Below, in pieces: positions 1-12,262 of a DNA stretch of 64,000 bases (positions within the stretch are counted from its first letter, which is position 1; the number at the start of each line of letters is the position of its first letter). The position numbers and the translations under genes are program-made. The notes under the pieces were generated by a model that saw nothing but the letters and a program-made list of their open reading frames with translations, was not told the origin of the DNA and did not search any database. The stretch comes from Octopus bimaculoides (Eukaryota): positions 4,535,266-4,599,265 of the forward strand of contig NC_068987.1 of assembly GCF_001194135.2 (NCBI RefSeq), read 5' to 3'.

Positions 1-67
1 CAAAGACTGTTACTCAGAGTTTCACATTCCCATTCATCAGACAGTTTTGGTTCTGTCTGACGAATGG

Positions 68-700
68 GAAGTGGTGTCAAAAAGTTCCCGGACTAGTTCT
101 GTAGCATGCCAACAGATGCCAGCACACGGTTGCATGTGTAGTGAGAGCTAGCAGTGACCTTCATGAGGCAGTGTGCTGAGTGGCATCACTGTGTTTACTT
201 CACAAGTTATGAAATTTGTGTTTTTGTGGTCACATAGTTGCTGTAGTCTGTGATTTTTGTCAAGGACAGGAATTTGGCACAAAGAGCCAACATAAAATTT
301 TGCGTTAAACTAGGGAAGTTTGCCACAGAGACATTGAGCATGCTTCAGCGAGCTTATGGCAATGAGGCAATGGGTCATATGCAATGTTTCAAGTGGCGAT
401 GGGTGCTTCAAAAGTAGAAACATTCCTGGAAGGCTATGAGCAATCTGGAAGACCTGCCAAAAGCATCACCCACCCCAGAAATGTGGAGAAAATCCATCAG
501 CTTGTGTATGAGGATCATTGTATGACAATCAACGACATTGCTGATGTTGTTGGTCTGTCATGTGGGTCCATGCAGGAAATCTTAATGTCTGAATTCTTCA
601 CAACAACGATGCGCCCTGACACATGGCAAGCTGGATCTCAGTCAGAAAATCAACACACAGCAGCCTCGTAGAAATTGCCACTTCCTTCATGACAAAGACT
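68..700 (+). mobile_element. Decayed, internally deleted mariner (Tc1/mariner) element
   Basis: TIR-like start ggtgtcaaaaagttcccggact. Frameshifted translation RANIKFCVKLGKFATETLSMLQRAYGNEAM...EQSGRP...NVEKIHQLVYEDHCMTINDIADVVGLSCGSMQEIL matches the two HTH domains of mariner transposase. Confidence 0.85.
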
Positions 701-1273
701 CCCCATATAAAACTGATTTGAAGCACCCTCATAACAAGTACTGACAGGTTGAGTTTTTATAGCTTATAGCAAGTACTGTGGCCTCAACGAGAGGACCCAT
801 CATACCAAGTACTGGCAGTGTTAACTGGAGAAACCACTATACCAAGTGCTGGTGTCTACTAAAGCAAGGGACAGTGGACCAATGTTAAAAATCAACATCT
901 AGTCATATTCCGCTCAGCATTTTTTTTATAATTCAAAACTATTTCAACTGATTTTTGTCTTTCATTCTGTCAGGGTTAATTTTTAACATAGGCACAAGAC
1001 CACAAATTTTTAAACAGTATCTATAAACAAATAATTATTATAATGAATTGGTTGGCAGGGTTAAGAAAAACAATACCAGTAATATACTGCAGATGATACA
1101 GTCAACTATACTTCTTTTCCTACAATAATTGACATTTTATTCAAGAAATAATGATAATTACATAACAGTGACAAAATGAAGTCAAATGTTAATTATAATG
1201 GTGATAATTTTAATAATGATAATGAATATTATTTCTGGAATTAAAATAATAAAGTATGTCTTATTTTTATCAG

Positions 1274-1378
1274 AAACTGCCCAGGTCTTGCTGTAAGATG
1301 TCAAACAACAACCCTCTGGACCCGGAGTATGTTGAGGAGAATGAATGCATTAGCATGATCTCAGAATTCAACACTAAG
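1274..1378 (+). CDS. Tetraspanin, internal exon (large extracellular loop)
   Basis: atcag|AAA...AAG|gtaggt, 105 nt, phase 0-0. Encodes KLPRSCCKMSNNNPLDPEYVEENECISMISEFNTK, containing the tetraspanin PxSCC motif. Upstream exons lie outside the window. Confidence 0.9.
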
Positions 1379-1694
1379 GTAGGTCTACAGTTGTTATTAA
1401 TTTAATAGATGGACTTTTCTGTTGTAAATAATAGATGAGGGAGTTACAGCTTCTTGTTGAACAATCGGCACGAATGATTTGTTTCTAGTGATCAAACGTT
1501 TGTGTTGTACTTGAGCTCATTTCTGTCATCAAATCTTTTTGATTTCACCAAAAGGGTTTATTATCTTTGTAATAAATATCAAAGGTTTTTCTAAATCACA
1601 AAATGATTTTCCTAAACGATTTTTATAAATCTTAAAAATATTTTTGTAAGGTCCACTAACACTAACAGACCCGAATTCAACCTTTGTTTTGTAG

Positions 1695-1778
1695 GGATGT
1701 CGAGATGAAATGGCAAGCTGGATCAGCAAGCACTTGGATATTCTGATAGGTGTTGGCTGTGGTATTGCAGTGTTGGAG
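1695..1778 (+). CDS. Tetraspanin, internal exon (GC motif plus start of TM4)
   Basis: ttttgtag|GGA...GAG|gtaagt, 84 nt, phase 0-0. Encodes GCRDEMASWISKHLDILIGVGCGIAVLE, the typical EC2-terminal GC followed by TM4. Confidence 0.92.
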
Positions 1779-1920
1779 GTAAGTATTGTCTCCTTGGGGG
1801 CACAGTTGATAACATCACCAATCAGTGCAAAACTGTGACGCTCCATATTAACACACATTACTAACACTTTGTGCTGCCGTTGACACATCAGTAACACTAG
1901 TTAAAAAAAAAAAAAAAAAA

Positions 1921-2270
1921 TGCATGTGTGGTAAGAAGTTTGCTTTCCAACCACATGATTCTCGGTTCAGTCCCACTGCGTGGCACCTTGGGCATGTACC
2001 TTCTGCAATAACCCCAGGCTAATCAAATCCTTGTGAGTGGATTTGGTGGACAGAAATTGAAAGAAGCCCACCATGTGTGTCTCAGTGTGTTTATCCACCT
2101 CCACCACTTCACAACCGGTGTTGGTGTTGTGATGTCCCTGTAACTTAGTGGTTTGGCAAAAGAGACCCCAAGAATAAGAACCAGGCTAAAAAATAAAATA
2201 GCTACTGAAGTTGATGTGTTTGACTAAAATTTTGGCCGCAGTCTAATCCCTGAAACAAATAAAGGATAAA
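1921..2270 (+). mobile_element. SINE family B (tRNA-like head gtgtggtaagaagtttgcttcccaaccacatg...ggttcagtccc)
   Basis: Multi-copy. Homologues at about 13105-13235, 15068-15170, 21835-21965, 25243-25400 and 30145-30305 (+), and 47325-47660 and 58195-58415 (-). Confidence 0.8.
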
Positions 2271-2855
2271 AAATTAAACTTAAAGCTTGACTGCACTTAG
2301 AGGAAAGTTAAACCTTATTATAAGACTTCATATTAAAATCTGAATGTTGGCATTAGTTGTAGAAAATTGAAAATAAATGAACAGACCCTCACACACAGTT
2401 TATTTTGGGGTTTTCAACACACCTGAGACATATAGGCGCAGGTGTGGCTGTATAGGTGCAGGCATAATCCCTTGTGGGCAAGAAATGTAAAATAAAGTTT
2501 AGTATAAACAACACAGACATTTTGTAATTTAATAGCTTTCAATGTGATACCTGTTAAACAGAAATTATTTTTATTTAAGCAAAATTTAATAAAATCTAAT
2601 CATAAGCAAGTGAAATTATGCTAAATACAACTAGATTGAAAACCTTTTCCCCACTGGCCATATCAGCAATTCTGAAAACTTTTGGGTGCAAATTTTATAT
2701 GAGTTGAAGCTTATTTTTAACAAATTTTATCCTGAAAATCACCTGCGTAAATTACACAGGTGCACAAATTACATGGGTTTTTACAGTATATATATACTCT
2801 CTGAGTGGTTGGCGTTAGGAAGGGCATCCAGCTGTAGAAACTCTGNNNNNNNNNN

Positions 2856-3012
2856 ACAGTATATATATACTCTCTGAGTGGTTGGCGTTAGGAAGGGCAT
2901 CCAGCTGTAGAAACTCTGCCAAATCAGACTGGAGCCTGGTGTTGCCATCCGGTTTCACCAGTCCTCAGTCAAATCGTCCAACCCATGCTAGCATGGAAAG
3001 CGGACGTTAAAC

Positions 3013-3041
<29 letters not shown>
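2856..3041 (+). mobile_element. SINE/LINE-tail family C with (GAT)n tail
   Basis: Core gttaggaagggcatccagctgtagaaac...ccaacccatgctagcatggaaa...gttaaacgatgatgat. At least 10 copies in the window. Confidence 0.8.
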
Positions 3042-3043
<2 letters not shown>

Positions 3044-3044
<1 letters not shown>

Positions 3045-3400
3045 CATCATCCTCATTGTTTAACGTCTGCCTTCCAAGCTGGCATGGGTGGAACGGTTTG
3101 ACAAGAGCTGGCCAGGCTGGAGCCTGCCCCAGTCTTCTGTGACTGTTTTGGCAGCATTTTTACAACTGGATGCCCTTCCTAACACCAACCACTCAGCAGA
3201 GTGGACTTAATGCTTTTTACGTGGCACAAGCACAGGCGAGGTCAGTTTTGGCAAGGTTTTTACTGCTGGATGCCCTTCCAAATGCCGACCACTTTACAGT
3301 GTGGACTGGATGCTTTTTAAGTGGCACCTGCACTGACAGGATCACCAAGTAACTTTCAGGACAAAGATCCTTTGAGAGGGGAGGGGGCATTGGAGGAGGT
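3044..3400 (-). mobile_element. Family C copy, inverted
   Basis: Reverse-complement homologue of 2856-3041. Other - copies at about 13245, 13462, 14392, 15893, 25410, 52043 and 62095. Confidence 0.8.
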
Positions 3401-3417
3401 GATCAAAGGCTGGAGTG

Positions 3418-3418
<1 letters not shown>

Positions 3419-3482
<64 letters not shown>
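3419..3482. repeat. (CA)n microsatellite
   Basis: Direct inspection; about 50 nt upstream of the last tetraspanin acceptor. Confidence 0.95.
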
Positions 3483-3484
<2 letters not shown>

Positions 3485-3535
3485 CACAAACACATACACA
3501 CCCTGTCTAAGACGTCTTATTCTTCTTTCTTGCAG

Positions 3536-3601
3536 ATGTTTGGCTTGATCGTATCCATCTTCCTGTGCCGAGAAACGAACAGAGAGACTGCTTCCTGTTG
3601 A
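3536..3601 (+). CDS. Tetraspanin, last coding exon
   Basis: ttctttcttgcag|ATG...TGA. Encodes MFGLIVSIFLCRETNRETASC*, i.e. the end of TM4, a juxtamembrane Cys and a short cytoplasmic tail. Confidence 0.9.
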   Translation: MFGLIVSIFLCRETNRETASC

Positions 3602-3879
3602 TCTGCTATTGATGTTGTTGTTGTTGTTGTTGCTGTTGTTGTTGTTGGTGATATGTGGCCATTTTGCCTGTACTGTCGTGTTGATTCTGCCCCCACCACT
3701 ACCACTTCCAACCCAAACCTTTCTCTCGTTCCCTTCTTCCTTACCATCTTCCACAATTTAAAAAAAAATACAAAATACACACCAAAAAGAAAAAAAGAAA
3801 AAAAAACATTTTTTGCTTCATAAACTTCAATGTTTCCATTATTTTTTTTACTTCCTTTTTTTTTGTAAAAGAAAAAAAA

Positions 3880-3885
3880 AATAAA
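3880..3885 (+). promoter_or_regulatory. Possible poly(A) signal of the tetraspanin
   Basis: AATAAA about 280 nt after the stop, followed by a T-rich tract. The UTR may extend further across the gap. Confidence 0.3.
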
Positions 3886-5254
3886 CATTTTCTGGGTCTA
3901 ATTTTTTTTNNNNNNNNNNNNNNNNNNNNNNNNNNNNNNNNNNNNNNNNNNNNNNNNNNNNNNNNNNNNNNNNNNNNNNNNNNNNNNNNNNNNNNNNNNN
4001 NNNNNNNNNNNNNNNNNNNNNNNNNNNNNNNNNNNNNNNNNNNNNNNNNNNNNNNNNNNNNNNNNNNNNNNNNNNNNNNNNNNNNNNNNNNNNNNNNNNN
4101 NNNNNNNNNNNNNNNNNNNNNNNNNNNNNNNNNNNNNNNNNNNNNNNNNNNNNNNNNNNNNNNNNNNNNNNNNNNNNNNNNNNNNNNNNNNNNNNNNNNN
4201 NNNNNNNNNNNNNNNNNNNNNNNNNNNNNNNNNNNNNNNNNNNNNNNNNNNNNNNNNNNNNNNNNNNNNNNNNNNNNNNNNNNNNNNNNNNNNNNNNNNN
4301 NNNNNNNNNNNNNNNNNNNNNNNNNNNNNNNNNNNNNNNNNNNNNNNNNNNNNNNNNNNNNNNNNNNNNNNNNNNNNNNNNNNNNNNNNNNNNNNNNNNN
4401 NNNNNNNNNNNNNNNNNNNNNNNNNNNNNNNNNNNNNNNNNNNNNNNNNNNNNNNNNNNNNNNNNNNNNNNNNNNNNNNNNNNNNNNNNNNNNNNNNNNN
4501 NNNNNNNNNNNNNNNNNNNNNNNNNNNNNNNNNNNNNNNNNNNNNNNNNNNNNNNNNNNNNNNNNNNNNNNNNNNNNNNNNNNNNNNNNNNNNNNNNNNN
4601 NNNNNNNNNNNNNNNNNNNNNNNNNNNNNNNNNNNNNNNNNNNNNNNNNNNNNNNNNNNNNNNNNNNNNNNNNNNNNNNNNNNNNNNNNNNNNNNNNNNN
4701 NNNNNNNNNNNNNNNNNNNNNNNNNNNNNNNNTACAAGAATCAGAAATTTTGTCAAAAATGGTGGAATCCAGAAAAAAAAAAATAAAAGAAAATGAAAAA
4801 GATGATGAGGTGTCTTTGATGCTTCTTTCTGCCCAACAAACTTTTCCTTTCTTCAAAATAACTTATTTATTCAAATTTTTTTTGTCCCCTAACTCAATAA
4901 GTACTAAAACTTTTATCTAGCTAGAAATCCACAAAATATTGAAAATTGTGGTGGCCACTATGATGATTGTATCGGGAATCTGAATGGATTCGTATTTTAC
5001 AACAAATCTGATGGTTGTATGACTTCTTCCCTTTTCCTTATATTTTCAACCCTTAAGAAGTGTACTAGATAACTTATTTACCCCCACCCCAACAAGCAGT
5101 AACAAAGTGACGACCCATTAATCCAGCAATGGCTACCTATTCGACCCACTCAATTTTTCTCTCTCTTTCTATATTTGCCAACAACATCAGTTGATGGTGT
5201 GGCTGTTTGTCGGGTCTTGTCTGACCAGATTTTCATTATTGTATAAACAAAAGG

Positions 5255-5435
5255 ATTTAAAATATGATATATATATATAAATATGTATGTATATACATCA
5301 TATAATGTATAAATAAATATTTATATATATCATATATGTGTATGTTTGAGTATATATATATATCTTTATATCTTTCTACATATATATATATTTATACATA
5401 CATGCATATATATCTTTATAAATATATACATACAT

Positions 5436-5492
<57 letters not shown>

Positions 5493-5625
5493 CATATGTA
5501 TGTTTATATATATGTGTGTGTATATATGTAAATATATATATTATAGATAAATATATGTATGTGTATGTATATATATATACATATGTATATGTATATATTT
5601 ATGTGTATGTATGTTTATAAATATT
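5255..5625. repeat. (AT)n / (ATGT)n low-complexity microsatellite field
   Basis: Direct inspection. Confidence 0.9.
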
Positions 5626-5721
5626 CATATAATTATTGCTATCCTATTGTCTCTCATTTATTGACATTCATGTGGGTGCATTTGATTGGGTGGGTGTGTT
5701 CATGTGTGCATGTGTTTAGAC

Positions 5722-5756
<35 letters not shown>

Positions 5757-6871
5757 AACACACATACATACTCAGCAATATGTGTGTGTGTGTGTATATT
5801 AGCAATCTCATTTACATGTGCAATAGCTATTTTCTACAACAATCTTGTATAACATGAAGCATCTGAGAATGCTGAAACAAACTGCCGTGTACTCATTGAA
5901 GTTGGTTCTTATTTTGGGGGTTTTTGTTTGGAAGTACTCAACTCCTTGGCTTGCCAACTGCATGAAACAAGCTTTAATTCCTGAAGGTACACCTTTGTCA
6001 GTTTGGGTTTGAGAGAAAAGCAATGTTGCTGCTCAAATACTTGAATAAGGGAGCCATTTTCAGCAAATTACCATTGATGGAAAAATAATTAATGAATAAA
6101 TAAAAGCAGGAAGCTATGGTGAAGGCCCAGTGTATTTAACTAATGATTTAAAATCTCATTAGCAAATGTATTTAGGATCAGCCACCTCTTGAGTGTGTAT
6201 TATAAAGGATGCATCAGTAATGTAGTAAAGATGCTGGACTTTGGTGTAAGCCTGCAACCTTCTAAAATTGAAGAGTTTGATGTTTTTATGGCTTATGAAG
6301 TGTAAGAATGGTTTTAATCATAGCAAAGACAAGTGCATCTCTCCCTGCTTGACTCCCAGTTAGATAAAGCATGCAACATGTTATTGATGTATGTCTCAAC
6401 ATCGGTTTTGTCATGAAAATGCTGGAAAATGTTAATGAAATTTTGTGGACAAGCATATATTTGTAGTTGAGCTAATTTAATGAACATATGCTTCTTTTGT
6501 GGCATTTTTTGGAGGATCCATCTCAGAGAGAATACCATGTCCTAGGTGCTTCAATATCTTCCAAAACCACATTTGAGTCTTTGCAGCGAGTCCAGCAAAA
6601 TATGTCAGTGGAATACATAATAGGAAATTGTTGGCAACTGACTGTAGAGAAATTCTTTTGCCGTTGAGGATATAAAAGCTTTTATCCTTATTTCTTGTAA
6701 ATGTGTACATTGTTGGCATTTTCAGGAGTTTAAGAATTTCTTCATATTTAATCTGGCAGACAATTTCATGGAGGTTATACACCTGTTTGTTTTGTAATTT
6801 TTTTTTCCAAATATTTTCTTTGAAAATACCATCATATTCTTTAATTTATTATTTCTAAGTCTAAAGATAGC

Positions 6872-7090
6872 AATCTAGCAGAACCGTTAGCACATCGGAT
6901 AAAATGCTTTGCAGCATTTCTTCCAGTTCTTTACATTCTGAGTTCAAATACTGCCAAGGTAAACTTTACCATTCATCCTCTCAAGATCGATAAAAATAAG
7001 TACCAATCTTATACTGGGGTTGATATAGTCAACTTCCTTGTCCTTTCGAAATTGCTGGCCTTGTGTCAAATTTAGAAAGGGTTATTTTTA
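6872..7090 (+). mobile_element. SINE family A (gagctggcagaa...ttctgagttcaaat...gactttgcctttcatcc..., (ATT)n tail)
   Basis: Most abundant repeat in the window. + copies at about 11809, 12036, 12855, 13780, 31986, 37485 and 49848; - copies at about 16955, 19872, 21545, 24620, 24845, 32765, 37270, 37735 and 45040. Confidence 0.8.
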
Positions 7091-7234
7091 AGTATTTGAT
7101 TTTAGTGGGTACTTAAGGCAGTTCAGAAAATTTATCAAGTAAATTAAGGGCAAGAAGTTGAAGCATGAAAACTCTTTTTAAAGGGTTCAGTTTTTTTTAT
7201 TTTTTTATTTTTTATTTTGTGTGTGTGTATGTGT

Positions 7235-7270
<36 letters not shown>

Positions 7271-7991
7271 AATTTCAAAGAATCTATTAATTCTTTTGAT
7301 TATTTACTAATGATCTTTGGACACAATTACAACACCTGCTGCTTTGATGTATAAAATATTAAAATCTTATTGCTGGATCATTGATTGATTGAATTTCTTT
7401 AGTTTTTCTGCCATTTCCATCAGAAATTATTGAGAAACACCACTTCATTACAAACCAGAAGATTTTGAAGTAAGCACCAGACATGATATCTCTATGGACT
7501 GACAAGGTGCCAGTTGTCTTTTCTTTAGTACTATTATCGTTACAATGATCGTTAGGGTTTGCGCTTTAGGGAATTGAGTAGATGACGATGATGATGATGA
7601 TGATGGATTTTCATATTGTTTTTATTTATGCTTTTTTTAATATTTTATACGATGATAATGAAATCTACAGGTTTGTCATAGAAAACTTAGCCGCTACACA
7701 TGTCTGCACATTGAAATAAGCATGCGTGTGTGCAAACAGCTTGCAATGTGTGTGAATATAATGAAAATATGCACAAATTACCATCCCTTGGCACACATAC
7801 ATAAATAACCACACACATGCATACACACACTCGCACACACAATATAGCACTGGAACTTGTACGTTCTCTCAGAGTCTCAAAGTCTGAAATTGGTTGCCTG
7901 TGTTCTTCCCTTACATTTTCTCTCCTCCTCTCCCACCATTTCCTCCCTCCCTCTTTTCCTATCTGTTTCTCCCTTTCTATCCATCTATCTA

Positions 7992-8054
<63 letters not shown>

Positions 8055-8420
8055 TAATATATTTGCAACACAATTTCACTTACTTTACAAGCAACCCCAA
8101 CTTCTTCGTTTTTTGAACTCCTTTAAACTATTGAGTGTGGCAGGGGAGGGGGTAATTAATAGGATGAGGAGGAGGAAGAGGAGGAGGCGGCAGGAGAAAA
8201 TCCTCTGAGAGAGAAAGAGAAAGATTTTCTATAAATAATTGAGATAAATAACCCTGGCAAGATCCAAGAGCCCAAAAAGAACAACAAACGACTGTATTAC
8301 CCCTACCCCCACCCACTGCAACAAAGTTCTGGAGAGAGTTCTATATAATAATAATATTAATAATAATCCTGATACATATTCTCTTGTTTTCGTATATGCA
8401 CATGTGTATGTGTGTGTGTG

Positions 8421-8456
<36 letters not shown>

Positions 8457-9689
8457 TGGATATACACACATATATATATATATATAAATACACAAACATA
8501 TGTGTATATATATATATATACATATACACATACATATTTTGTTTTGTTATTAATGTTTTGTTCCTTGTTTGTTTTGTTTTGTTTGGGTGCTGTAAATTAG
8601 CCCCCCGCCCCCTCCCCACTTCTATACTTCAAGCCCAGATTTACTGGGCTGGGATAATCGACTCAACGTTATCAAATAAATTTATTCCCTTTTTTCGTTT
8701 GTTTGTTTTCTTCAATTGTTTTGTTGATTTTTTTTGTTTATGATTTTTTTTAAACTTAAAAATCTACTTTTGTTTTGTTTTTGTTTTTTCCTTTAAATAA
8801 AAGACTTATGGAGTTTTATGAATAGTTAAGTAAATAATTGCAAAGAATATTAATACCTGAAATCGATATATAAAATACTTGAACAAATTATTAAACATTT
8901 AATATATAAGAAAAACACAGAGAAAAAAAATGTAAATTAAATAAATATTAATTTGAAAGGCAGCATGCAAAAGTCTGAACTAAGTCTTAATTAAACATAA
9001 TTAATTCCCTCGTTATCGAATATATTCGATCCCAAAATACTGGCTTAAACAAAAGTTCAGGAACAAAATTAAAACTGACAACTTTAAAAAATTGCTTTAG
9101 ATGAATTTGATGACAACATAATTAAAATATAAATTAAGGACATAAAACTTTAATTAGGTATATGCAAATAACAAAAAATGCTTTAAAATGTATTTAACAT
9201 GTACTTTCCTAAAACTAATTAATTATGAAGAGTTAAACACATTTAACACCAAATTAACTTCAAAAACATTGAATTAGTCTCATATAGCCTCCCAAATCGT
9301 TAACCAATGTAACTCTTTAAACTCATATTTAAACACAATTGATGAATTAAAAGTCTGTCAGACACCAGATAAAAGGCTTTTGATCTAACTAATTAAACAA
9401 TATATATATATATATATATATAATCCAAAATTTATAGTATTAAATATCTATCATGGCTGATCTTACCAATCGGTTTTGCGTAAAGAATATAATGGAGTGT
9501 TAGGTAACAATCCTATTATATAACTTTACGCTCATCAGAGGTAGCCGATATGGAAGGGAATATGGCAACACACACACACACACATATATATAATGACCTT
9601 ATTTTATGCAGTACTCAGGTGAACTACAGCTCCTTAGAAAAGGCAACCAAAAGTGCATGAGCAGCGCATAGAAGAATGTGAGGGTGAGG

Positions 9690-10125
9690 AGATCAGGATT
9701 CCAGGAAGCATGGAAGTTTTGAAGAATGTTGTGTCCCAACGGTTAACAACTGATGCTGGTAGCTTACCCCCATGCTTCAGCAATTCTGAGTGTGAAAAAA
9801 ATGTTTCCAAAAGTCATGGGTGTTGTTTTGTTTTTTGGTTTGATAAGAATGCCCATAAATGTTAGACATGGAATTCAAAAAATACTCGAGGTTGTTGTTG
9901 AAAAGAGGATAATCTTATGGGCATCAACCAAGTCAGTTTTAATGTGTCCATGCCCAGGGAAGCAAGATGTTTAGGGTATGGTAGATGCCTGATGGCTGGT
10001 ATTTATCTGGTTGCACATTTCTGGACAGTTTCCAGGGGATTGTTATACTGAGCAAGATAGGGGTTCCAGACTGGTGGTGCAAACTCCAAGTGTGGACATA
10101 CCATAGTCATATACAGCTTCAAATA
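9690..10125 (-). mobile_element. CR1/L2-group LINE, 3' end of ORF2 (decayed)
   Basis: KLYMTMVCPHLEFAPPVWNPYLAQYNNPLETVQKCATR*IPAIRHLPYPKHLASLG...FFTLRIAEAWGKLPASVV is the classic CR1-type RT C-terminus. Confidence 0.8.
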
Positions 10126-10438
10126 GATAACTGAAGAGCAGTTAAGTGCATAAACTTTATTGAAAATATACAGAACTCTTTCAGGTTTGTTAAAATCTTG
10201 AGTGATTTTTTTTTTTAAATGTACACTATTGAAATCATATTAGCTAAGACTGATATAATTCCATAATAGTTGCCTTTGATAGGGCCCTCTCTACGAAGAA
10301 GGTGCTTAAGGACTTTGTCCACTATTCCAAGGAACATTGTAGGTAGGCAGAGAAAATGGATGCATATGTCATGGATGCATATATCATTATATATATATAT
10401 ATATATATAATGATATATGCATCCATGACATATGCATC

Positions 10439-10480
<42 letters not shown>

Positions 10481-11808
10481 ATATGTAAAAATCAGATCCA
10501 AGGATCAATGTGTAGGAAGTTAGTAAGCTTCAAGCAGTCTGTAGAAGGTATAAAAAAAACAACTTTAAGGAGCAATAGGGCTTATTGATGTAGAAGGTTG
10601 TGCATTTTTTCCATATCAAAGTTCAATAAGCTGAGGCCTTGTGACTAGTGAACCAGTCATCACCTCTCACCAAATACACATCACCCTGATGACCAACAGA
10701 CGCAAAATGCTAAGCAGATAAAAGCTGTATCTTAGGCAAGTATCTTTTAGCATTGCCTCGGGTTAAACAATGTCTTTTGAGTGAAATTTGGAAGGGGAAA
10801 ACTGCACAGAAACTCAGTGTGTATGTGTGGTTATATTGTATACAGTACATCTTCTGTATATGATCTACAGAGCAAATGTATGTATAATAATTTCTTACAT
10901 ATATATATACACACACACATATTTTTATGCGTGTGAGTAGATCCTTTGGTAAGAGATATAAAATATTGGTGAGAGAACATTGGTGGATAAACTGGTGCTT
11001 TTTGAATGAAGTCATTTGTGATATTTGTTCCACCCGAGTTGCGCAAAATCCCTTATCGCTCTTGCCATTGTAAATCCATGAACCAATGAATGGTCCACTG
11101 GGAACCTGTAACCAAAGACCGCTGCCATTCACAAAATAGGATATGAAATAAAAGTAAATAAATAAATAAAGCACCTAAGTATCTAGAAATAATAATAATA
11201 AAAAAAAAACAGGAAATTCTGAAATACAAAGAAGTTTTCCTGAAGATATAAGAGAACCTTAAGAATACAAGATACCCCTGAAATGGTATTAGAAAAATAC
11301 AAAGAATCCCGAAGCATCGTATAATTTATCCTAAAATAGAAATAAATTACAGGAGCAAATTAGTTTTAAGATGTATAAAAGAAGAATATTAGAATATCTT
11401 ATCATTTCTACAAAATTTCTTGACCGATTCTCATCCAAACTTTACTGCCACACTGACTTCTGACCTCTGACCCAACCACCTTAAAAAAAAAAAACCCACT
11501 GCCATANNNNNNNNNNNNNNNNNNNNNNNNNNNNNNNNNNNNNNNNNNNNNNNNNNNNNNNNNNNNNNNNNNNNNNNNNNNNNNNNNNNNNNNNNNNNNN
11601 NNNNNNNNNNNNNNNNNNNNNNNNNNNNNNNNNNNNNNNNNNNNNNNNNNNNNNNNNNNNNNNNNNNNNNNNNNNNNNATAAACAAAATCTAAGAAAGAA
11701 ATAAAGGTCAGAAACAAAAGAACAAATTAAAAAAAAAAGAAAAAAATTTCAAAGATTTTTATTATTATTATTTATTATTATTATTATTATTATTTATTAT
11801 TATTATTA

Positions 11809-12262
11809 AGATGTCAAGCTGGCAGAATCATTAGCACACCAGGCAAAATGCTTAGCAGTATTTTAGCCATTATTACGTTCTGAGTTCAAATTCCGCTAAG
11901 GTTGACTTTGCCTTTCATCCTTTCGGGGTCGATAAATTAAGTACCAGTGAAACACTGGGGTTGATGTTATTGACTAGTCCACTGCCCCAAAATGGCTGCC
12001 CTTGTGGCAAAATTTAAAACCATTATTATTATTATTAACATGGTGTGCTAGCAGAATCGTTAGCATGTTGCGAAAAATGCTTAGCAGCATTTTGTCTATC
12101 TTAACATTCTGTGTTCAAATTCCGCTGTGGTCAACTTTGCCTTTCATCTTTTCGGGGTCAGTAAAATAAGACCCCAGTACACAAGGGGTTGGTGTGATTG
12201 ACTATCTCCCTCCCCCACCCAAATTTCAGGCCTTGTGCCTATAGTAGAAAGGTTTCTTCTTA
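11809..12262 (+). mobile_element. Two tandem family A SINEs
   Basis: Two head-to-tail copies separated by (ATT)n. Confidence 0.8.

Noticed and set aside
2783-2918. Exact duplication of about 63 bp on either side of a 10-N gap
   Set aside because: Typical unmerged contig overlap, not a biological tandem repeat.
3741-4856. Long ORFs spanning N runs (also around 18027-18802, 45872-46326 and 59461-60480)
   Set aside because: Open only because Ns contain no stop codons.
5336-5852. ORFs of YI/CV/HT/SL repeats (also 7687-8619, 38195-38874 and similar)
   Set aside because: Translations of (AT)n, (CA)n, (GA)n and (AAT)n microsatellites.
6219-6251. NVVKMLDFGVS, a kinase DFG-like motif followed by a gtaagc donor
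   Set aside because: No HRD/catalytic loop upstream and no APE motif downstream; the frame is closed by stops on both sides; likely chance.
7424-7469. + strand exon-like unit ttccatcag|...|gtaagc (EIIEKHHFITNQKILK)
   Set aside because: No compatible upstream exon was found and no family recognised; cannot be supported as a CDS without RNA data.
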